DNA of 64,000 bases from Oscillospiraceae bacterium (lineage in GTDB: Bacteria > Bacillota > Clostridia > UBA1381 > UBA9506), in the NCBI GenBank assembly GCA_015068855.1, contig SVJS01000006.1, positions 10,105 to 74,104 of the forward strand. Direction: 5' to 3'. The notes under the pieces are model-generated. The model did no database searches and was not told the origin of the DNA. It saw nothing but the letters and a program-made list of their open reading frames with translations. Positions 58,397 through 64,000 of the stretch are shown piece by piece. The position numbers and the translations under genes are program-made. The first letter of the stretch is position 1; each line of letters begins with the position of its first letter.

Positions 58397-58894
58397 TTAA
58401 TCCAATAAACCCTCAGGCACTGCAACGCGAACATAGCCCTCCGGGATGTTAACCTCTAACACAACCTGGTCAATCACCGGAAGATAAATCGGTTTTTCGT
58501 TGCCACGCACCTCATAGACGTCGTTGGCACCGGTTTGCAGAACATCAGAAATAATGCCTAAAACCTCGTCCTCCTCTGTCATGACGCGCAAGCCAATCAG
58601 GTCAACGATATAGTATCGTCCCTCAGGCAGATTTTCGTCCCGTTCAACAAAAAGCGTCTGACCCCGAAGCAGTTCAGCCTCCTCCATCGTATCGACGCCC
58701 TCGGCCTTGATAATGGCACAATTTTTATGTATTCTGATTCTCTCCACATAAAGCGGAACATCTTGTCCTTTTTTCTGGTAATAAAAAACGTCATAGTCCA
58801 AAAGACCATCTAAGCTGTCTGTCCAGGGATTGAGCTTAAATTCCCCGCGCACACCGTGGGTGTTGACCACCTGACCGATTTCAATCAGTTTCAT
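58397..58894 (-). CDS. rimM: 16S rRNA processing protein RimM
   Basis: 165 aa. It has IGQVVNTHGVRGEFKL plus a PRC barrel (YYIVDLIGLRVMTEEDEVLGIISDVLQTGANDVYEV). Confidence 0.93.
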   Translation of the reverse strand: MKLIEIGQVVNTHGVRGEFKLNPWTDSLDGLLDYDVFYYQKKGQDVPLYVERIRIHKNCAIIKAEGVDTMEEAELLRGQTLFVERDENLPEGRYYIVDLIGLRVMTEEDEVLGIISDVLQTGANDVYEVRGNEKPIYLPVIDQVVLEVNIPEGYVRVAVPEGLLD

Positions 58895-58924
58895 TCTGTC
58901 TGCCCCCTTATCTATCTGTTAAAT

Positions 58925-58956
58925 CTAAATAAATAGGGCGGTTTTAGCCGCCCTAT
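58925..58956 (-). terminator. rho-independent terminator after clpX
   Basis: The stem is ATAGGGCGG / CCGCCCTAT (58933-58941 / 58948-58956). It starts 1 nt after the clpX stop and, on the minus strand, is followed by TTATTTAGATTT. Confidence 0.7.
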
Positions 58957-58957
58957 C

Positions 58958-60238
58958 TTATGATGCTGATTCATCCAAAACTTTTTGCTTAACCTTTTTT
59001 TCCTTGTAGATAACGTCGGGCTTTGCCTGACCCATAACGCACGCTTCCGTAATAACACACTTTGCCACATTATCTTCCGAAGGCAGAGCATACATGATAT
59101 CACGCAGGGTTTCCTCCATAATGGAGCGCAAACCACGGGCACCTGTTTTCCGTTCCAGCGCTTTTTTTGCAATAGCCGAAATGGCAGCATCCTCAATTTC
59201 GAGCTTAACGCCGTCTAATTCAAAGAGTTTTTTATACTGCTTCAAAAGAGCGTTTTTGGGTTTACGGATAATGTTAACAAGCGCCTCTTCATCCAGAAGG
59301 TCAAGGGTTGTTACCACGGGGATACGTCCCACAAGTTCAGGAATCAAACCGAATTTCAACAAATCCTGCGGCTCTAAGAGAGACAAAATCTCGCCGATAT
59401 CCCGACTGTTTTTTGATAACACTTCGCCGCCAAAGCCCAGGGTTTTGGTTCCTATGCGGCGTTCAATAATTTTTTCAATACCCTCAAAAGCACCACCGCA
59501 AATGAACAGAATGTTTGTTGTGTCAATCTGCAAAAATTCCTGATGGGGATGCTTGCGTCCGCCTGTGGGCGGCACTGATGCAACGGTTCCTTCCAGGATT
59601 TTCAAAAGCGCCTGCTGAACACCCTCGCCGCTGACATCACGGGTAATCGACGTATTCTCCGATTTACGGGTTATTTTATCAATTTCATCGATGTAGATAA
59701 TACCACGCTGTGCCTCTTCAATGGACCCGTCTGCCGCCTGAATTAATTTCAAAAGGATGTTTTCAACATCCTCGCCAACATACCCCGCCTCGGTGAGCGT
59801 GGTTGCATCGGCAATGGCAAAAGGTACATTTAAGATTTTAGCCAGCGTCTGTGCGAGCAATGTTTTGCCGCTTCCGGTAGGACCTAAAAGCAAGATGTTG
59901 GACTTTTGAATATCAACATCCCCTGTTTGCTGCTGGTTTTCAATGCGCTTATAGTGATTGTAAACCGCAACAGCCAGCGTTTTTTTGGCATTTTCCTGCC
60001 CGATGACATACTGGTCTAACAGTTCTTTGATTTCTTTTGGTTTGGGCAGGCCGGTCAAATTAACATCTGTATCAAGCAAATCAAAATTGTGACCCATGTA
60101 ACGGTTGCACATGGCGATACATTCATTACAGATGTTAACATTCGGCCCCTTAAAGAGCTTCAAGACCTGACTTTCATAGAGTCCGCAGAAATTACAACGC
60201 AGCTCGTTTTGACTGCTCTTATTCGCCAAAATACGCAC
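58958..60238 (-). CDS. clpX: ATP-dependent Clp protease ATP-binding subunit ClpX
   Basis: It has a C4 zinc finger (CNFCGL...CNECI), Walker A GPTGSGKT, Walker [10 protein letters not shown] and GLIPELVGR. The start may be TTG 60229, 6 nt after GAGAGGTG, rather than GTG 60238. Confidence 0.96.
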   Translation of the reverse strand: MRILANKSSQNELRCNFCGLYESQVLKLFKGPNVNICNECIAMCNRYMGHNFDLLDTDVNLTGLPKPKEIKELLDQYVIGQENAKKTLAVAVYNHYKRIENQQQTGDVDIQKSNILLLGPTGSGKTLLAQTLAKILNVPFAIADATTLTEAGYVGEDVENILLKLIQAADGSIEEAQRGIIYIDEIDKITRKSENTSITRDVSGEGVQQALLKILEGTVASVPPTGGRKHPHQEFLQIDTTNILFICGGAFEGIEKIIERRIGTKTLGFGGEVLSKNSRDIGEILSLLEPQDLLKFGLIPELVGRIPVVTTLDLLDEEALVNIIRKPKNALLKQYKKLFELDGVKLEIEDAAISAIAKKALERKTGARGLRSIMEETLRDIMYALPSEDNVAKCVITEACVMGQAKPDVIYKEKKVKQKVLDESAS

Positions 60239-60259
60239 CTCTCTTATCTGTTTTCACCA

Positions 60260-60841
60260 TTATCTGTGAGCAATAACCTGGTCAATCAAGCCATATTCCA
60301 GGGCTTCCTGCGCTGTCATGAAATTATCACGCTCTGTATCATGTTCAATCACATCAAGAGGCTTCCCTGTTCGCTCACTCAAAATTTTATTTAAGGTGTC
60401 TTTAATTTTAATAATACGATCGGCATGGATTTTAATATCGGTTGCCTGACCCTGCATGCCGCCCAAGGGCTGGTGAATCATAATTTCACTGTTCGGCAGG
60501 GCAAAACGCTTGCCGGGCGCACCTGCTGCAAGCAGGAAAGCACCCATGCTGGCTGCCATACCAACGCAGATGGTCGACACATCGCACTTTATGTATTGCA
60601 TTGTGTCGTAGATGGCCATACCACTGGTAATGGAGCCGCCGGGGCTGTTAATGTAAAACTGGATATCCTTATCCGGATCTTCCCCCTCTAAAAACAACAG
60701 CTGTGCAACAACCAGGCTGGCTGTTACATCGTTCACTTCCTCGGAGAGGAAAATGATGCGGTCTTTGAGCAATCTTGAATAAATATCATAAGAACGCTCT
60801 CCGCGGCTGGTTTGCTCCACAACAACGGGTACTAAGCTCAT
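60260..60841 (-). CDS. clpP: ATP-dependent Clp protease proteolytic subunit
   Basis: 193 aa. Motifs are RIIFL, INSPGGS, the catalytic Ser in GMAASMG, and IMIHQPLGG. Confidence 0.97.
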   Translation of the reverse strand: MSLVPVVVEQTSRGERSYDIYSRLLKDRIIFLSEEVNDVTASLVVAQLLFLEGEDPDKDIQFYINSPGGSITSGMAIYDTMQYIKCDVSTICVGMAASMGAFLLAAGAPGKRFALPNSEIMIHQPLGGMQGQATDIKIHADRIIKIKDTLNKILSERTGKPLDVIEHDTERDNFMTAQEALEYGLIDQVIAHR

Positions 60842-62430
60842 GCCTCTACCTCCGCCTTTTCTTTCTTTTCAGATTTTTTTGCAGCCGGCTCTGCCTTTTT
60901 GGCTGCGGGTTTCTTGGCTGCTGTTGATTTAGCAGTTGTTGACTTGGTTGTTGACTTTGCAGTCGTAGACTTAGCAGTTGACTTTGCAGTTGTAGTCTTA
61001 GCCGTTGACTTGGCAGCTGTAGACTTTGCAGCTGTTGATTTGGTTGTTGTTTTCTTAGCTGCCGGCTTTTCTGCCTTTGCCTCTTCATCCGCTGCCTTTG
61101 CGGTCTTAGCGGCTGTCTTGGTGGTAGACTTTGCAGCCTTTGCCTTGCTCCATTTTACGTTATCAACAATCAAAGCCACTGCCTTTTCCATCTGCATGTC
61201 AGCCTTAATGTTTTCCTTGTCGTTATCTGTGATGTTTTCTTTCAGCTTATCAGCTTCCATGTGGTACATCTCAGCCATTTCTTTAATCTTGTCATCAACC
61301 ATTTCGTCGGTGATTTCAAAAGCTTCTTTCTTAACGATTGCTTCTAAAATCAGATTGGCTTTAACCTGCTTTTCAGCATTGGGACGCATCATTTCCTTGA
61401 ACTGGTCAACGCTGCTGCCCATGTAGGAAAGATACTGTTCAAAGCTGATGCCCTGCTGTGCCATACGCATGTTGTTTTCACGAATCATGGATTCAACACG
61501 GTTTGTAATCATGCAGTCGGGAACATCAATTTCTGTATCCTCAACCAATTTATCAATGGCAGCGTTTTCGCGCTCCTGTTTAGCTGTTTTTTCTGCTTGC
61601 TCCGTTAATTTTGCCAGAATATCAGCTTTTAATTCTGCCAGTGTGTCAAATTCGCTGACATCTTTTGCAAATTCATCATCCAGCTCAGGCATTTCTTTAT
61701 ATTGTATGCCATTAACCTTCACTTTGAACACGGCAGGCTTGCCCTTTAATTCCTCTGCATGATATTCTTCGGGGAAGCTTACGTTTACATCAAACTCTTC
61801 GCCGATTGCCTTACCAACAATCTGTTCCTCAAAACCGGGGATAAACTGGCCGCTGCCGATGGTCAGGTCATAGTTTTCGCCTTTACCGCCGGGGAATGCC
61901 ACGTCATCAACAAAGCCTTCAAAATTGATGTTTGCAATGTCGCCTTCTTTAACGGCGCGGTCTTCAACAGTAACCAGACGGGAATTGCGTTCCTGCTTCT
62001 GAGCCAGTTCACGGTCAACATCTGCGTCAGATACAGTATGAACAATTTCTTCCAGCTTTATACCCTTATATTCACCCAGTTCAAATTCAGGCTTTACGGT
62101 TACGCTGACAGTCATCACCAAATCCTTATCAGTACCGATTTCCTTAACATCCAGTCTGGGCATGTCAACAGGCTCCAGTGCCAGTTCCTTGATGGCTGCT
62201 TCGTATTCTGCGGGGAATACGATATCAATCGCATCATCATAGAAAACAGCTTCGCCGTATGTTTTCTCAATCAGTTTGCGGGGTGCTTTACCTTTTCTGA
62301 AACCGGGCAATGTGATGTTCTTCACATTCTTGCGGAATGATTTGTCCATGGCATCCCGAAAGGTTTCTGCCGCAACCGTCATAGTAAATTCAACGGTGTT
62401 CTTTTCCTTTTTGTCTAATACACTACTCAT
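60838..62430 (-). CDS. tig: trigger factor with a ~100-aa Lys/Ala/Ser/Thr-rich C-terminal extension
   Basis: 530 aa. The N-terminal ribosome-binding motif is GFRKGKAP, followed by FKBP PPIase and C-terminal arm domains up to about aa 430. A low-complexity tail follows. The stop overlaps the clpP start (ATGA). Confidence 0.94.
   Translation of the reverse strand: MSSVLDKKEKNTVEFTMTVAAETFRDAMDKSFRKNVKNITLPGFRKGKAPRKLIEKTYGEAVFYDDAIDIVFPAEYEAAIKELALEPVDMPRLDVKEIGTDKDLVMTVSVTVKPEFELGEYKGIKLEEIVHTVSDADVDRELAQKQERNSRLVTVEDRAVKEGDIANINFEGFVDDVAFPGGKGENYDLTIGSGQFIPGFEEQIVGKAIGEEFDVNVSFPEEYHAEELKGKPAVFKVKVNGIQYKEMPELDDEFAKDVSEFDTLAELKADILAKLTEQAEKTAKQERENAAIDKLVEDTEIDVPDCMITNRVESMIRENNMRMAQQGISFEQYLSYMGSSVDQFKEMMRPNAEKQVKANLILEAIVKKEAFEITDEMVDDKIKEMAEMYHMEADKLKENITDNDKENIKADMQMEKAVALIVDNVKWSKAKAAKSTTKTAAKTAKAADEEAKAEKPAAKKTTTKSTAAKSTAAKSTAKTTTAKSTAKSTTAKSTTKSTTAKSTAAKKPAAKKAEPAAKKSEKKEKAEVEA
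60915..61050 (-). repeat. in-frame imperfect 15-nt tandem repeats encoding (A/T)AKST units
   Basis: The plus strand shows reiterated GCAGTTGTTGACTTG / GCAGTTGACTTT / GCAGCTGTAGACTTT units. On the minus strand they translate as [44 protein letters not shown]. Confidence 0.8.
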
Positions 62431-62511
62431 CTTTCGTCCTCCTACTATTTCCTAAAAAATAACTACACAATGAATGCGTCCTAATTCATATACAGACGGA
62501 CACAGTATATT

Positions 62512-62541
62512 ATTATAACACACCTATTTGCGAATTTTCAA
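62512..62541 (-). promoter_or_regulatory. sigma-A promoter for tig-clpP(-clpX)
   Basis: The minus strand has TTGAAA (complement of 62536-62541), an 18-nt spacer and the extended -10 TGtTATAAT (TATAAT is the complement of 62512-62517). Confidence 0.65.
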
Positions 62542-62607
62542 TAGGAAAAGCTAATAATTTAACAAAATTTGTTTATTTTCCTTTATACAAATTGCCATAT
62601 AACGGCA

Positions 62608-63435
62608 CTACCAGCGCCCCTCTTCTCCAAAACCGTAAGAAAACACAACATCAAAGACATCGCTATTTGCGATATCTTTCGGTGTGACCAGAAAACCGCC
62701 GTCACTATCAATATCAACACCTGCTCCGGAATACGCCTGCCAGACAAGATGCGCGCATTGGGTTCTGTCAATGGTGGCTTCCTCTTTTTTGTCTTTTTGC
62801 AGAAAGCCGGTAAAAAGGCTATACGGCACATCTTTCAGGTGTTCTTTTGCAAAACGAACGGCTTCCTCACCTGCCTCTGCCAGCTCCGCTTTCGGTCGCA
62901 GAACCATGATCGTCGGATAGGAAAGCCAATTATGAACCGGAAGTACGGCCGAGCGGCTTCCAATCATCAGCGATTCTATGGTTTTATTGGCATCCAGCAC
63001 GAGTCCTGCATGCCCATGACGGTACAGAAGCGTTTTGGTTGACCGGGTAATCAACACGTCCCCTGCTTTAAGAGGCGGCAGCAGCAGCGAAGCCGACCGT
63101 TTTTCAGCATCCCGCAGCAGTTCTGCCGTTGTTGTTGGGAAAAAGAGAAAGCTCTGCTTATAGTCAAATTTTTCCTGTTTCTGGCGCTGAAAGGCAAGCA
63201 GGCTTTTCTTCCCTCTCTCTGTCTGTCTGAGCTCCTCCACGGCCCGTTTTCCCAGACCTGTTTGGTTCAAAATCAGCGCATAATCGGCTTCACTTAAAAC
63301 TTCTTTTTGAATGCTCGCTTCTATGTCCGCATACTCAGGCCTTGCAAACTCCACCGCGTGATAAAAATCATAGCTTGTCCATCCGATACACAAGACTGCG
63401 AGCGGCAAAAGTGCGACAAAAAATTTTTTTCTCAT
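62608..63435 (-). CDS. permuted papain-like amidase, YaeF/YiiX (peptidase C92) family, secreted or membrane-anchored
   Basis: It has an N-terminal signal or anchor (MRKKFFVALLPLAVLCIGW). A His-containing segment (GDVLITRSTKTLLYRHGHAGLV) precedes a Cys segment (TQCAHLVWQAYSGAG), which is the permuted NlpC/P60 order. The start is at ATG 63435, 6 nt after GGAG. The track ORF starts at 63468. Confidence 0.65.
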   Translation of the reverse strand: MRKKFFVALLPLAVLCIGWTSYDFYHAVEFARPEYADIEASIQKEVLSEADYALILNQTGLGKRAVEELRQTERGKKSLLAFQRQKQEKFDYKQSFLFFPTTTAELLRDAEKRSASLLLPPLKAGDVLITRSTKTLLYRHGHAGLVLDANKTIESLMIGSRSAVLPVHNWLSYPTIMVLRPKAELAEAGEEAVRFAKEHLKDVPYSLFTGFLQKDKKEEATIDRTQCAHLVWQAYSGAGVDIDSDGGFLVTPKDIANSDVFDVVFSYGFGEEGRW

Positions 63436-63517
63436 AATTTTCTCCGTTTTGGTTTTTTGGATAACCATCCTACTCTTTTATATTGTACTAAATAATCTCT
63501 GAAAAGACAAGAAAAAT

Positions 63518-63546
63518 GCATATAACTAAAAAAATCTCAGATACTA
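63518..63546 (+). promoter_or_regulatory. candidate forespore (sigma-G/F type) promoter upstream of the spoVA genes
   Basis: GCATA (63518-63522), 17-nt spacer, GATACTA (63540-63546). This compares with the GHATR-N17/18-CATnnTA consensus I recall for Bacillus sigma-G. Confidence 0.4.
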
Positions 63547-63579
63547 AATATACAAGAAAAAAATAAAGGTGGTTATCCT

Positions 63580-63720
63580 ATGAAAATAAAATTACTTCGA
63601 TGGGGTGCATTCTGCACAATGCTTGCCCTTCTTTGCGTCAGCGCGGCCTATCAATATAAAGAGGCAGACCGTGCCAAACGCGCCAACGCTGTTTTGGTGA
63701 TGGCTTACCATTTACGATAA
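63580..63720 (+). CDS. unlisted small ORF (46 aa) encoding a predicted single-TM peptide
   Basis: ATG 63580 lies 7 nt after AAAGGTGG. The product is MKIKLLRWGAFCTMLALLCVSAAYQYKEADRAKRANAVLVMAYHLR, ending at TAA 63718-63720. It is below the 60-aa cut-off of the ORF track and lies 32 nt upstream of spoVAC. Confidence 0.45.
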   Translation: MKIKLLRWGAFCTMLALLCVSAAYQYKEADRAKRANAVLVMAYHLR

Positions 63721-63752
63721 AAATTGACGCCACGCGCAGAAAGGAGCACCCT

Positions 63753-64000
63753 ATGAAAAACATGACCAAGCAGGAATACCAGGACTATATCAACAAAAAA
63801 ACGCCCAACTCGTCCCTCTTTAAGGACATCTGTTTTGCTTTTTTAATCGGTGGACTGATTTGCATCATTGGGCAGTTGATTGGGGATGGTTTCAAAAGCA
63901 TGGGACTCGATAAGGAAACAGCAGCTGCCTCCACCTCTGTGGTTATGGTGTTTTTAGGCGCTTTTTTAACCGGTATCGGTGTGTATGACCGCATTGCCCG
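63753..64000 (+). CDS. spoVAC: stage V sporulation protein AC, N-terminal fragment; continues beyond window
   Basis: ATG 63753 follows AAAGGAG. MKNMTKQEYQDYINKKTPNSSLFKDICFAFLIGGLICIIGQLIGDGF...VVMVFLGAFLTGIGVYDRIA matches the SpoVAC pattern (TP.S......AF..GG.IC..GQ). Confidence 0.85.
   Translation, partial: MKNMTKQEYQDYINKKTPNSSLFKDICFAFLIGGLICIIGQLIGDGFKSMGLDKETAAASTSVVMVFLGAFLTGIGVYDRIA

Noticed and set aside
60899-61426. 175-aa + strand ORF ([10 protein letters not shown]... repeats), and the possibility that the repeat array is a CRISPR or VNTR locus
   Set aside because: It is the antisense frame of the tig C-terminal repeat region. The repeats have a 15-nt period, are contiguous with no spacers, and are in frame with tig, so this is a coding low-complexity tail rather than CRISPR.

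Overview
This 64 kb chromosomal window comes from a spore-forming Firmicute of the class Clostridia. The evidence for that placement is spo0A, lonB, spoVAC, the L21-Prp-L27 operon with an N-terminally extended L27, and a split transketolase. GC content is medium and coding density is about 90%. Most of the window is housekeeping: uvrA, ispD-ispF, cysE-cysS-mrnC, glyA, rsmE, mltG, pfkA, thrS, pnp, rpiB, trmFO, pcrA, hpf, rplU-prp-rpmA, rimM-trmD, and tig-clpP-clpX. The complete t6A pathway is present but split into two operons (tsaC-rimI-tsaD and tsaE-tsaB). I found no rRNA or tRNA genes, CRISPR arrays, transposases, integrases, prophage genes or recognisable defence or toxin systems. The only accessory-looking stretch is 42.2-56.9 kb. 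It holds an orphan uxaC, an ABC exporter, an operon (uncharacterised 703-aa glycosidase-like protein, ROK regulator, sugar kinase, mannose-6-P isomerase) and a convergent 1715-aa secreted heparinase II/III-like polysaccharide lyase with a ~195-nt leader. The candidates most worth follow-up are listed here. (1) A SigB-like group-3 sigma factor with no RsbW/RsbV partners, co-transcribed with a single-pass membrane protein. (2) An H-domain-only [FeFe]-hydrogenase-like protein with non-canonical H-cluster motifs. (3) The giant lyase and its leader. (4) A trigger factor with a ~100-aa Lys/Ala/Ser/Thr repeat tail. (5) An unlisted 46-aa membrane ORF behind a forespore-type promoter upstream of spoVAC. 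All family calls rest on motif recognition by eye. No searches were run, so I cannot claim that a novel system is present.
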